Below the pieces are notes generated by a model that was not told the DNA's origin, did not search any database, and saw only the letters and a list, made by a program, of their open reading frames with translations. The position numbers and the translations under genes were made by a program. DNA of 56,558 nt, counting the filler, from Dirinaria sp. TL-2023a (lineage: Eukaryota), in the NCBI GenBank assembly GCA_051941275.1. It is 4 parts of 4 records of this genome, joined end to end, with 100 filler letters (N's around TTAATTAATTAA, not from the genome) between each part and the next. Parts side by side here need not be neighbours in the genome. Positions count along the whole stretch, not along the records: positions 1 to 14,071 come from JAVEBF010000626.1; 3 more parts are not named here. The stretch is one strand, 5' to 3'. Each line of letters begins with the position of its first letter. Within the stretch, counting starts at the first letter, position 1. Shown here piece after piece: positions 1 through 12,400 of the stretch.

Positions 1-656
1 GAAAAGAAAAAAAAAAAAAACTTTCTGGTTTCTGGGCAAAGGAGCTTCCCGGTATGATGAGAGGAAAATAAGACTCATCTCCACATGCTGCAGGCGAAAC
101 ATATCTATATCGCGCCACGGCTGTTTTTGGAGCCGGAAAAGAAAAAAAAATTCGTAAGCCACCGTCCCAACAGTTTGCAATTTTGATGGAGAGCCCACGG
201 CGACCGAGATACGGCACCACAGCCACCCCCCTCCCTTTCCTTTCCCTCTTTCTCCCCCACGTCCAAAAAAAAGGGGGGGGAATCGCTACGCAAAATACAT
301 GCGTGGTAGAAAACCACAAGGCAGGAATAGATGAGCAATAAGTTAATGCATGCACTGGAAAATAAAATAACTTTATGTGAATTATCGCATGCTATCAATC
401 TATGTAGAGAAAGCGGTCTTTTTAAAACAATCTTGCGGCTAGAACGTGGTTCCCATCAATCAATCTATCTAAAGGGGACTTGGATGTGCGTGATTCATGA
501 TTCTTAAATTCTAGACAAGCAAGCAAGCAGACATGCAGATATGCAGGCAGACAGTGCAGACAGTGCAAGTAACCCAAACCCATCAATGATCCAATGACGA
601 CCACTCGAGTTCTCGATCGAATTTCCCTCAAAATCCCCAAACCCAAATCTTTTCTT

Positions 657-1238
657 CTATTCCCAGCGCAATTTGCGTCCGGCGACGAATTCCCACACAT
701 CTTCAAACGGCGCATGATCATTTTTCGCGCCGAAACGTCTCCAGAAGCGGAAGATCTCAGTCAGGTAATCCTCGTTGGGCTGTTGCAGCTTGTAGACGCG
801 GCAGTCGAAGAGGAAGCGGCGCAGCTGGGCCGCCGAGAACGAGACTTGGTTCGTCAACCCTTGGCGGCGGGCGTCGGCGTCGTCCTGGATGCGCGAGACC
901 CGGATCACGAACTCGGCGTACAGGAGCTGCATGTTGCGGAGGTAGCGCGCGATTTCGGCGTCGAGGGCCGCGAGCTTGCGGCGGTACAGGTGCCGGTCGT
1001 GGGTGAGTTGCTGCTGGAATGTTTTCATGGTGGTCCACTCATCGATGGTCCAGATGTAGGTGGAGCGGAGGTCGGTTTTGATGGCGCACAGCTCCGCGGT
1101 CATGGTTGCGAGTTCTTCGCGGAGGGAGAAGAAGGAGCTGTAGCGGGAGGAGTTTTGCACGTCCCAGTACTCGCTTAGGAGGTCGGAGTTGGAGGGGGAG
1201 GTGGAGGTGGAGAGGGATGAATCTGGGCAGGCAGGCAT
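657..1238 (-). CDS. Hypothetical protein (~193 aa, intronless, predicted helical/coiled-coil), no recognised family
   Basis: First ATG (MPACPDSS) within ORF 657..1562. GC3-rich codon usage from 657 to ~1200 contrasts with the AT-rich upstream part, which reads like UTR. TATA-like TATTTAAA on the minus strand near 1500-1507. Confidence 0.6.
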   Translation of the reverse strand: MPACPDSSLSTSTSPSNSDLLSEYWDVQNSSRYSSFFSLREELATMTAELCAIKTDLRSTYIWTIDEWTTMKTFQQQLTHDRHLYRRKLAALDAEIARYLRNMQLLYAEFVIRVSRIQDDADARRQGLTNQVSFSAAQLRRFLFDCRVYKLQQPNEDYLTEIFRFWRRFGAKNDHAPFEDVWEFVAGRKLRWE

Positions 1239-1620
1239 TGTGGTAAAGAGATGGTATATTTTTGTTTTTGGGAAGGATGGGTTTGTATGTAAATCAGGTA
1301 GCTGATATAGCTTAGATACAATGGTCTTTTGCAAGAATGAATGATGGTAGAGAGAAGTGTGGTAGCAGATAGTTGGTATTGGATCTAAGCAAGTGATAGC
1401 GATGATTGATATTCGATAGCAGATCAGCGATAGAGCGTGACTAGCTAAAGAGCAAGATGAGGAGGAAAGAATCTTGGATGGAGGGGGGGAGGGAGAACAT
1501 TTAAATACTGTTGCGCAGGAAGGTTTGAGCGATTTAGTGGAACACTCGCCACCCAGCAACACTCAAGGTTGCTCAAAGCCCGTGAAAAGACTCAATCCGT
1601 TGAGGATCCGTGGCTTTGAG

Positions 1621-4600
1621 CTAATTCCTGAATCCAGCTATTTGTTTCTTTGCGCGAGTTAATTTTCGACTCCCGTGATGCCCCGGCTCGGGTTGACTCA
1701 TCAAAGTAGGCAGATCTGGCTGACTGCTTCCGTGCGGTTCCCTCGAAATGTTTGTCACGGGCTGGCTGTTTGTAGACCGATTTGGTGGTGGCTGTGAAGA
1801 AGTCCCAGTACTTTCCACTCGGCGGCGCTTGTGGGGCTGTTCTGCCTTCGGTTCATTCTGCGTTGAGGAAGATTCACCAACGAAGTTGGCTTGGCTTTCA
1901 CTGTCGATGGCTTGCTGTGCACTTTCCCAGTCATAAGACCAAGGGTCAACACCTTCATCCCAATGCTTGAGAATTGACGCAGTGGAATCGCCGTCGTATA
2001 GCTGAGGTTCCAACCTAACACGAGTTCCAAGTCGCTGGCTAGCTAGACTCTCTGTATGGTGCGGCGACAAAGAAGAGCTTCGGAATCGAATGGAGGGTGT
2101 CGCATCCGGTGTCTGCCGAGCACCTTTGCGTGGACTAGTAGGCCTATTCCCTTTGCCTTCCCTCAATGCTTTTGCTGGAAACAGGTCTGCTGGTTGCACC
2201 ATCTGCTGCCTCTTGGGGGAGAATTCTGTCGCTGACGCCCTGTGTCGAAGGGCCAACACAACCTCTCGTTGCGCTGCATTTTGCTGCTTAGTCACTGTGT
2301 GTTCGATGGGAGCGTGTAGAGAGGCCGGATACCGGAAAGCCGCAAGACATAATTGGGCAGCGACTGCCCTCGCTACCCGCTCAATCGAAATACGCACTCG
2401 GCTCGGTGTTTTGGGCGAAAGTGGCTTGAGCCAGTGGATTATGAGAATCTCATATACACGTGACAGGGTGAAGGAATCCCCAATGCCCCAACTTTCGCAC
2501 AACGATGGCGTGAACGATTGTCCAGTAAGAACTTCGCTTTCCGTAATATCGTCGTCGTCTCCAGAAACCTTTTTTCCCAGCTTTTGAATCATATCAACTA
2601 AACTATCCGAGGCCATATCGATATCCTCTACAAAAAAATCCGAATCTACTAATTCGAATCTGTACATGAGCATCAGCGAGCTTGTTGTCCAGATTGGCTA
2701 CGGCTTCCTTACAATGACCTAGGTAATGGCCTTTCATGCTTAGAACTTTGTTCGCAGGTAGCCACCAGAGCGTTCAACGCTGCCGCAAAAGAAATTTTGT
2801 TCACGCTTATGTGTCGTTGCAAGTCTTTGTGGAGCCATGCCAGGTCGAGCGTCCAAGAGTCCTTCAGTTTCTGTTTGGTACCACTTTTACCACACCGAAG
2901 TCGATTCTTTGAGGGTGCGAGTAGAATTGGGGTCAACGCATTATCGGCCTCCTTATCTGAAGCAACAAAGCTGTCAAAGGCTCTGACTTCTGTAACTTCG
3001 ACCGAATCTGACACTCGTATAATCTTTAGTCTTTCGATGTTTGAAGCATCACTAGGTGCCGATGCTATGAGAATCTCAGATACACTGAGGTCATGTTTCA
3101 AAACTGTGAGCTGGTAGTACTCTACAGCGTCCGTAGTGTTGCCCAATCTGGGAGGTTTAGATCCATTGTGAGGTTTGATCTGGTCGGGCAAAATATCCAT
3201 CATGATCGTAATAGAAGCACCGTTGTCAGAAGAGATAGCGCTATAGTTCTGGTCGTAAGGATTGCTAACATTGTACGCTGCAAGATTGCACGGATCAAAG
3301 GCTAGCACAGCTGTCTTAGGTGGTGAAGAAGACATGTGAAATGCGTGAAGAGTCCTGATGCTCGTAATCCTTGAATACAATAGTACCATGGAAACTATCT
3401 ATATGTCAGTCCCGATTTGCATAGCCATTAGCGACTGCTCTTACTGGGCCCATTATCCAGCACGCTGATCTTCAGACTGATGTCTCCAGGATCTCTAAAA
3501 TGCTTCCAGGACAATAAACATCTGATATGGAGATTGGCATCAGAGTCCTTTTGGACTGTGTCGTCATCAAACCTCAGCCAGTAGATGCGCGTTGATGTCA
3601 GCACAAAGACATAGCTCAAATCCGACAGGCTGCTCTTCATATCGAGTATAAGACCTCCACTTTTAGACAATTCGAGATCCGGCACCGAAAGCCTTCTATA
3701 CGGAAACTCAATATGGAAAGCGGCAAGGCAGGCTCTTGTTGCAAGTAATACAGTCTCGGGATTTCCTACCCACAGAATACGGCCCCAACCGTCATTGAAG
3801 CCTTCATTCAGGTCGACACTCTGGCTTGAATCATCGTGGATAGAACCAGTCGCTATTGCTGTTGCCTCTCGTAGTTCCTCGCGCTGGGCATATTTTTTGA
3901 TTGTCCAGATGCTCCAATGTCCTTCCTGGTCCAATATTCCCAAGCATCGTCTACTCCAAGGGCTGAAACATACATCAGCATGGGAAGCACCGCCCGTGCA
4001 TTCGATGGGTAACGTCACAATCGCATTGCCATAGAATGCAGAAGCTGCAAGATCATAGGTCGTAGGGCGCATTTCTGGCATAGATCCAAGTATCCGCTTT
4101 GGCGCAATGGATAGTTGAATTACAAATGTCGAAGTGTGATATCGAACAGCAAGCCAACAGGCGTGCTCGACTTGAAGCTTTTCCGCAAAGCACAGCTGTT
4201 GGACCGGACCTTGCCGCCCTTCCCATCGATATTCTCTGCCGTTCTGAAGAGTTTTCCATTGCAACTGAACTCTGTTATGGCGGTGCCATCCGTATTGCTC
4301 ATCGTTCAAGCAAACGATCCTTACACAATCCCCTGCACCACCACCAGCGAGCGCGGCTATCTGAACATTTGCGGCGTCTGAACATTTTGGACCAGCCGAA
4401 GACAACTCACAAAATGCTATAAGTTCTGACTTGAGCGGTTCTACACCAGAATCGTATCGTTCGACAATCTCCGATTCCTGCGCCCAGCGAGGCAATAAGT
4501 GCGCTGCGGGTCCTAGATCAGGGTGGCTGCGTGCAATTTTCTCGATGTTTTGGGATCTTGCGTACGCAGAGATGCTGTTGCTTGATATGGGCGATGCTAC

Positions 4601-4796
4601 ATGGCTATGGAGTGCAACAATCTCATGTATGATGCTGAATCGTCTACCTATAAAGTGTCAGTACGCTCTCGTGGTCGAGCTTGGTTTACGTACTGAAGCC
4701 TGGTATTCTGCTGAAAGTCCACTCATGCCGACGCTCATCATACGACGCCTCGCCTGGATGGCCATACGTAAGGTCAACAGGCAAGGCTTCAGTCAT
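1621..4796 (-). CDS. RRN6: RNA polymerase I core factor subunit Rrn6 (TAF1C)-like protein, 4 exons
   Basis: N-terminus MTEALPVDLTYGHPGEASYDERRHEWTFSR; beta-propeller-like motifs HADVCFSPW, ILDQEGHWSIW, GWGRILW, VFVLTSTRIYW and LLSWKHFRDPGDISL; C-terminal ILKHWDEGVDPWSYDW and terminal AGF. Three GT-AG introns (4648-4693, ~3395-3444, ~2662-2713) join ORFs 3428..4495, 2709..3389 and 1621..2673 in frame. Confidence 0.8.
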
Positions 4797-5132
4797 TCGG
4801 TTTTCGTCTTGCTTTATACTCGTAGGAGCTGTTCAAGCGCAAATGGGTGTGCATGTCGAAACGCAAGGTTTTTCCGATAGCCGAGTTAGCCACTAGCAAG
4901 CATACTTATAGTAAAAGAACAGAGCAAGTTAATTGTAAGTTCCAGCCAAAGTTGAACTTGCAATGAGCTCAGGAAAAGGGTGAGGTAGAATCTGTAGACT
5001 AGAATACCTGCGGTCGCTGCGGACCTGCCTTAGGCGAGCGAGGCGAGCTAGGTACTCAAGCGGCTAACATGCAGCGTGCCGAGGTTCTCCCGAGAATTAG
5101 CGCCATCGCGTGTGGTTGTATCAACAACCGAA

Positions 5133-5139
5133 ATAAACA
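5133..5139 (+). promoter_or_regulatory. Forkhead-type site (ATAAACA) about 85 bp upstream of SPC25
   Basis: Matches RYAAAYA in the short RRN6/SPC25 divergent promoter, consistent with a mitotic gene. A single 7-mer can occur by chance. Confidence 0.35.
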
Positions 5140-5220
5140 TTGGTCTTGCACCTCGATTGCTCAATCATCCCAAAAATTCCAAGCAACTTCCCATACTCTG
5201 TATTAATTGCTACATACACT

Positions 5221-6062
5221 ATGGCTACCCTATTCGAGCCATCGCTTTCTACAAGCGCAATGCGCCCACCTCTCTCGTCCGCCTCTGCGCCTTCAATGGT
5301 AGACTCATTGCCTAGTATCAATTTCGGCTTTGAGGACCTTCGCCAAAGAATGGCCAGCTTTACGGATCGATTTGATGCGTTTATAGCTGAAGGAAGGAAA
5401 CGCGTGTTGGAGGAGCGCAACCAGTTCCGCATCGGTGTTGCCGAGCTTCAAGGTATGTGGTTGCTCTCTTTCCATGCTCAGCTATCAAAGATCGATGCAA
5501 GTACTAACATTCTAAAGAGGATCAGCGTCTGCGCAACAAAGAAATAGAGTCGCTCGTACAGAAGTCATCCACGCATGCCCAATCCCTGAATAAGGAAGCT
5601 GCCGAGACAGCGGAAATGAATGCTGCAATTGCTTCGATAACGGCTCAACGGGATGCGCGAGCTCAGGACCGTGACCGCCTTCGATCTGAGATTGCCAACA
5701 CGAAGAAGCAGATATCCCAGAAAGTTGCTGTCCAGCAGCAACATGCAAAAGATCTCGAGGCTCAAGCGCGGTTCAATGCGCCTGAGCTAAATTTTTGGAC
5801 AAATTATCTGTGCCTGCGGATTGAAGGCGCGGGCAAAGTGGATCGGCTGAAGTTTGTCTTCACTCATGTCGACGAACGGGACTGGCAGAAAGAGGCTTGG
5901 TTCGAGTTGGATACACAGCGAAGAGACTACGCAATTGCGACATTGCGGCCCAAGCTTGACACTGACGACTTGGAAACATGTTTGGCCAGGCTCAACGCGA
6001 ACAGGGATCTAGGGATTTTCTTAGGCGGAATGAGGGAGCTATTCGTAAAGGCGCTGAAATGA
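5221..6062 (+). CDS. SPC25: Kinetochore NDC80-complex subunit Spc25, 2 exons
   Basis: LPSINFGFEDLRQRMASFTDRFDAFIAEGRKRVLEERNQFR, a coiled coil, then an RWD-like C-terminus PELNFWTNYLCLRIEGAGKVDRLKFVFTHVDERDW...MRELF. Intron 5453-5517 (GTATGT..TACTAAC..AAG) restores the frame. Confidence 0.92.
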
Positions 6063-6195
6063 ATTGTCTGGTTTGAAATTTAAGCAGTGGCCATATCGCG
6101 AGGTATTTGGCAGCAAGGGGGTTTTAAAGATATGTCTTACATTAGCAGAGCGGGATCCAGCTCACCAGCTGCATTCAATGGTAATTCCAGCTCAA

Positions 6196-6828
6196 TTAGC
6201 AAATGATGCCATTGCCTTCGACCTCCTCCTGCTTCACTCCCACCCCTCCTTCGGTCTTTCTCCTTTTCTCTCGCCTCTTCCTCCGTTTTTCTTCTCGTTC
6301 CGCCTCCTCTTCCTCTTTCCTTATCTCCAGTCTTTTCTGCAGATCGACGACCGATTCAGCGCCAGCTGCTTCTTGTCTCTTCTTTTCCGCTAGCCATGCC
6401 AAACGTGCTCTAACTTCTTCCAATGTGGCCTTTTTGACCTCCCCACTCTCCCCTACATTATCTAAATGCTGACGGCTATTGAGGTGATCGACCCACTGCA
6501 AGCTATCCTTGAACGTCAAGTCGCAATCCGGACAATATTGGCCGGCCCCTCGGCCACGCTTGCCTGTTGCGGCGCCGGCAGGTATGAGGGTGGTCTTGCC
6601 GAGGTTCTGCGTGACATCGAGGCGTGATGCGCGCGATGACGTCTCCTTGGCATCGATGGGTGTAGGTCGCGGATTGTACTTGCGGCCTTCAAGCTTGGCC
6701 TCATACCGCGCCTTGGATTCTTCCTTCTCAGCAGCTTCCCGTATTGAAGCTTTGGCGGCGTACTCCGCACGATCCCAAGTTTTACGAAAGGACGTGTCTG
6801 ACGCAGTGGATTTAGATGGACCAGACAT
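6196..6828 (-). CDS. SNU23: U4/U6.U5 tri-snRNP zinc-finger protein Snu23 (ZMAT2)
   Basis: FRKTWDRAEY N-terminal motif; matrin-type finger YCPDCDLTFKDSLQWVDHLNSRQH; ATLEEVRARL; K/E/R-rich tail; intronless 210 aa. Confidence 0.9.
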   Translation of the reverse strand: MSGPSKSTASDTSFRKTWDRAEYAAKASIREAAEKEESKARYEAKLEGRKYNPRPTPIDAKETSSRASRLDVTQNLGKTTLIPAGAATGKRGRGAGQYCPDCDLTFKDSLQWVDHLNSRQHLDNVGESGEVKKATLEEVRARLAWLAEKKRQEAAGAESVVDLQKRLEIRKEEEEAEREEKRRKRREKRRKTEGGVGVKQEEVEGNGIIC

Positions 6829-8057
6829 GGTGGAGATTTGAGGATTCGGTAGTGGGTGCGTTGAAGTAAGCTAGCGTTCACATCTGCGTCCAAGTGGAAA
6901 TTTTCAGTACTATTAGTCAAGGTACATGTACATCAAGGTAGTACTGTAAGGTGACTAACGGAAGTGGGGGGGTTCTTCCGAGGTTGTTTGAAGCTAAGGT
7001 AGCTACTAAATCAGTGCTAGCGTTGGAAGCCCAGGGACCAAGAGGGCAAGAGGCTACGCGAGGGGCCGAGGCTTCCGCTTTCACTCCTCAGCTTTTAATC
7101 CACGGACTCATGGAGATCAATGATAGCAACATGTATCATTGATAAAATATTAATAGCCCACTATGCGATAATAATGCATTGTTCCAAGATCCGAACTGAC
7201 TGCCCTTTACTGCAGCGGGCTGCGTCAAGACTCGCAGGTGGACCTACCATAGCGGTAGTGCCTGCCAATCCTCGGTGACTCCTCCGGTTTCATGCGTCCC
7301 ATGAGACCACGTTTTACATCTTCGCTAGGCGTTGTGTCAGCGAAGTATCGATGATATATTTGTGCGCTTATAACTTATCACACCGAACACGGGATTGTCC
7401 TTGGTCAGCAGACTTAGGCTCCGTATCCCCAATTCCCCTTCCATCCTCCTCCCCATGTCTGCCAGACTGCCTCTCACATCGAGTCCACTCAACCGGGGAA
7501 TAGGAACTTATTGTCCAATATGACGCTCCTTGCAATGTTCCGCTAATTCCTTAGCGCGGCGTTCCTGTGCCCATGATTTTCGAGATCGTCGCGGCCGTGG
7601 TAGCGCGGCTGATAGCAACCGTAATGATCTTACTGCATCATTCGGAACCGGTCATGATTCTCCTAGGCAAGTGATCTGTTCCTTGCCTTGTGGGACTACC
7701 ACACCGTGTAACTATTGCATGAGCGAAGTTCCAGTAGCCTGAGCGTGGGAAGGCGGGATGGTATATGTTTAGTACTTTATTGCCTTCCTTTTGTGTTTCG
7801 GTCCCGAACGTCTTCGTACGCTGCCAATATTATTAATGGCGGTCTTACATCGCTCAACCTGCTGCTTATATGTATGATTTCATGTCCGCCGTTTTCCCAC
7901 TCTCGTCTCTTTGCTACCAAGGACTTCTCATTTGACCACACTTCTTCTCAGTTGCACTTTTTGGATTTGATTGATCCATTGTTCTCATACGAGCAGCCTT
8001 TGCACTACTTGAGGCTGCATCATTGCAGAGCCGACTTTGCCGGCAGATACAGCCAGA

Positions 8058-8790
8058 ATGTTTCATCACGTGGTTCTACTTGGACTGGCAAGCTTGACCG
8101 GAGCCTCATTGCCAGGACTAACGATCCGTCAAGCCACCTTCTCAGGCATTGCTACCTTCAATAATTTTAATTCCGAGGGCCCCACTGTTTGCGGCTCGAC
8201 AAGTGGTAAGTCTTACTACCTTCGACAAGCCTCTGGAGAATTCTTGAGGGCGAACGAATAACCCTGGACTGGTCGCTATAGGTCAACCCGGTACTTATGG
8301 CGCAGCAGCAGGCGATCTATCTCCAGAAATCTCGGGCGGCTTATGTCCCAGTAAGGTTAATATGGGCAATTGCAACGGACAAGCCCCAGTGGCCGGCTAC
8401 ATTGCACCGTCCTGCCCGACGACCAATTGCGGCGTGTGCTACAGCGTAACGAACCAGGGTGGATTCGATGGTAGCAGTGTCAGTGGGGTAGGACAGAGTG
8501 TTATCGTGCAAATCATCGACAGCTGTCCCTCGCAAAACGCGTGGAATTACTGCAAAACCGACATACCGCCAGAGCAGAGGTGCGAAAGTGGCTCTTTGAA
8601 TGCTCTAGACATAGATCAGGCCGCATATCAGGCGCTGACCGGGCAGCCCTACGGAAGCGTTAGTAGACATTGTTCACCTGATCGATGCTTATGCTGATAT
8701 ATGCAGGGTCCGAATTTGAATATCCAAATATCACCCGTGAGCTGCTCTGGGAGCATATATGCCACTTCGTTGCCCGTTGGATCTCGGTAG
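8058..8790 (+). CDS. Secreted cysteine-rich double-psi beta-barrel protein (GH45 endoglucanase/expansin-like), 3 exons, ~202 aa
   Basis: Signal peptide MFHHVVLLGLASLTGA; introns 8206-8281 and 8659-8706; motifs CGVCYSVT, GQSVIVQIIDSCP, NYC, ALDID, I-x-PVSC; 10 Cys. Confidence 0.8.
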
Positions 8791-9489
8791 ATTTGGGACA
8801 ACTTGGATGCCTAATTGTACATAATGACTATAAATAATTTTGTTTCTATCAAGGGGGATGCGAAGTTTCTCATCATACTCAGCCGATGGTTCTGTGATTT
8901 TGAGGATTTAAGCTTACAGATACGAAATATGGACAGAAGCCTCAGTCCACCCTTTTTCATGAAAATTTGAAAATGCGTAGCAAACTACTTGTTTTGAGGG
9001 GATAATAATAAGGGCACAATATAAAGTATTCGATAGAGGCAAGCTTAAGCTTGAGCTTTACCGACAGAGGCGGCAGGCTTGGCAGAGGGTTCGGAAGAAA
9101 CAATTTCCGAGCGCCGATGCCGCAATATCGCGCCAAACAACGCGGCGACTCGGCGAGTGACGATATGTAAGGTAGCAGCTGCCTCTCTGTGTTCATCTAT
9201 ACTTGACTTTGCATACTCCTAAACACTCCCTTAACTCAAGGAAAATCGTTCATCACACCTCTTTAATTTCCGGGACCAACTTCACCGCTAGGCCGCTATC
9301 GATATCCGCATCCTGCTGCACGCAAGCCAGCACTAGCCCCACCAACTGTACATCTGCTACAAGACTCACAGGCAAACATTGAGGTCGTCAATGCAATTCT
9401 CATAGAGTACAGCATTTCTCCCACGGCTCTGGACTGAGTCACTCTGACCCTAAGACAATTCAGAGCTCTTCTTGAGCAGCCCAGCCACC

Positions 9490-12400
9490 ATGTCTCTCTC
9501 AGTGGAAGAGCTTGACAGTACCGTGCGGGCCTTTTATGAAGGCCGTGGGGACCTTGTATGTATATGGCATCATGCTACGTTGCTTTCTAGGAGCCCGTTG
9601 GTTGACTGTGAGAGCAGCAAAAGCAAGCTCAGCAGACATTAAATCAGGTATAAGCAGAACCTTCTACTTACTGTCACCGCTAAGATGGGCGCTTACGTCA
9701 ATATAGTTCAAGGAGAACCCTGACGCATGGTTGCTGGTCGACAAGATCTTGCAGGAGGCTACGTATCCACAAACGAAGTGTACTTGTCAAAGCGTCCCCA
9801 GTCTATGGTGCAAAACTAACGGTCCTCAGATATCGGTCTTCAAGTTCTCGAGTCCGTAATCCAGACCAAATGGAAAGTTCTTCCAAGAGAACAGTGCCAA
9901 GGTTTTTTTAAGAGTGGGCGATGCTTTGGTACAGCTGGACTGATGCATTCAAAGGTATCCGCAACTTTGTTGTAAACTTCATCATTCAAGGCTCGAGCAC
10001 TGAAGAGAGCCTACGATCCCAACGCACGTTCCTCAACAAACTCAACCTCGTCCTTGTATCGATTCTCAAGCAAGAGTGGCCGCACAACTGGCCGACGTTC
10101 ATCAATGAGATAATTTCTTCCTGCCATACAAATCTTTCGATATGCGAGAACAACATGGCAATCCTTCGGTTACTCTCAGAAGAGGTCTTCGACTATTCCG
10201 CTGACCAAATGACTTCATCAAAGACAAAGAACCTGAAGCAAGTCATGTGCAACGAGTTTTCGGCCATATTCCAATTGTGCTCCGAGATTCTGAACACTGC
10301 AAATCAAGCAAGCCTCATCAAGGCGACACTGGAGACACTGCTCAAATTCCTGAACTGGATCCCTCTAGGATACGTGTTCGAAACCCCAATCATCGATACC
10401 CTCCGTGGCAGATTCTTAGAAACCCCAGAGTTTCGCAACATCACCCTCAAGTGTTTGACGGAGATCGGGGGTCTACAGATCAGCGGCCAATACTCGTACG
10501 ACGAAAAGCTCACACAGATGTTCACGGAAGTCTTGACAGTCGTGTCCAAGATCATCCCGCTTTCAGTCAATCTTAAAGATACTTACAAGAGAAGCAATTC
10601 TCGAGACCAAGAATTCGTCCAAAATTTAGCGCTTTTCCTCTGCAATTTCTTTAGCGTACACCTCAATGTAAGCGTCATGCTCTTTGCTGTCACTATCTTG
10701 CATGAGCTGACGTACACTAGCTAATAGAAAACTTTCCGAATCGGGACTATCTAACGCATGGTCACTTCTATCTGATACGGATATCCCAGATCGACGATCG
10801 CGAGATTTTCAAGATCTGCTTGGAATACTGGACAAAACTCGTGCAAGAGCTATATGAAGAGATGCAAGGGCTTCCTATTACGGATTTGAATCCCCTGATC
10901 CACATGGGAGTCAGTGGACTTTCAAACGGTGGTGCACCACATCCAACCGTGCTAGCCAACTACCCCCTGCGAAAGCATAAGTACAATGAAGTACTATCGA
11001 ATCTACGGCAGGTCATGATTGAGAAGATGGTACGGCCTGAAGAAGTGCTTATCGTCGAGAACGATGAGGGCGAGATTGTCCGAGAATTCGTCAAGGAGAG
11101 CGATACTATCCAGCTATACAAGACGAGCCGCGAATGTCTTGTATACCTTACGCACTTGGACGTTGTCGATACCGAGAATATCATGTCCGATAAGCTTGCC
11201 CGACAAGTCGACGGTACGGAATGGTCATGGGCCAACTGCAACACATTGTGCTGGGCAATTGGCTCTATCTCGGGAGCCATGAACGAAGAGACAGAGAAAC
11301 GATTCTTGGTCACCGTCATCAAAGATCTACTGGGCTTGACAGAAATGAAGCGCGGCAAAGATAACAAAGCGGTTGTTGCAAGTAACATCATGTATATTGT
11401 CGGGCAGTATCCTCGGTTTCTGAAAGCGCATTGGAAATTTCTGAAGACAGTTGTCAACAAGCTTTTCGAATTCATGCACGAAACGCACGAAGGTATGTTA
11501 AAGTCAGCCTTCTTAGGTATGTCCTCACTAAATTCCTACCAGGCGTACAGGATATGGCTTGTGATACTTTCATCAAAATCGCCAATAAATGCAGACGCCA
11601 TTTTGTCGCATTACAGCCCGGTGAAAGCGAGCCCTTCATTGACGAGATTGTCCGAACGATGCGCAAGATAACGAACGATCTTACACCTCAGCAAGTCCAC
11701 ACCTTTTATGAAGCATGTGGATACATGATTAGTGCCCAGGGGCAAAAGAACATTCAGGAGCGCCTAATACAGGAGCTCATGTCGTTCCCAAACCAAGCGG
11801 TAATGAAGCTCTAAGCGTACGCAAAGCACAAGACTGACGCCAGGTATCTAGTGGGACATGATCATTGCGCAAGCCAATCAAGATCCATCGAATCTCTCAG
11901 ATGGAGAGACTATCAAGGTGGTCGGCAATATTATGAAGACCAATGTTGCTGCGTGCTCGTCTATAGGGAGCTATTTCTATCCCCAGATCGGTCGCATATA
12001 CCACGATATGCTTTCGATGTATCGAGCTACAAGCCAGATGATATCGGACAGCGTAGCTCGAGAAGGTAAGCCTTGTGGCTGATTATCTCTTTCCAGCCGT
12101 GCTAACCAACACGAAGGCCAAATCGCCACCAAGATGCCCAAAGTCCGCGGTCTTAGGACAATCAAGAAGGAAATTCTGAAGCTTATCGACACATATGTCC
12201 AGAAAGCCGATGACCTCGAGATGGTGAATGTGAACATTGTGCCTGCATTGTTAGATGCAGTTTTGATTGACTACAATCGCAACGTTCCGGATGCGAGGGA
12301 CGCTGAGGTCCTCAATGTCATGACTACTATCATCACAAAGCTTCATGTACGTTGGACCAAACATACCTCGAAGTACTCGGTCAGACCTTGACTTCAACGG

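Noticed and set aside
594..1178. 194-aa plus-strand ORF, and similar long antisense ORFs over CRM1, csmA/B, LCB2 and 27478..28071
   Set aside because: Shadow frames produced by codon bias of the opposite-strand gene; no motifs of their own.
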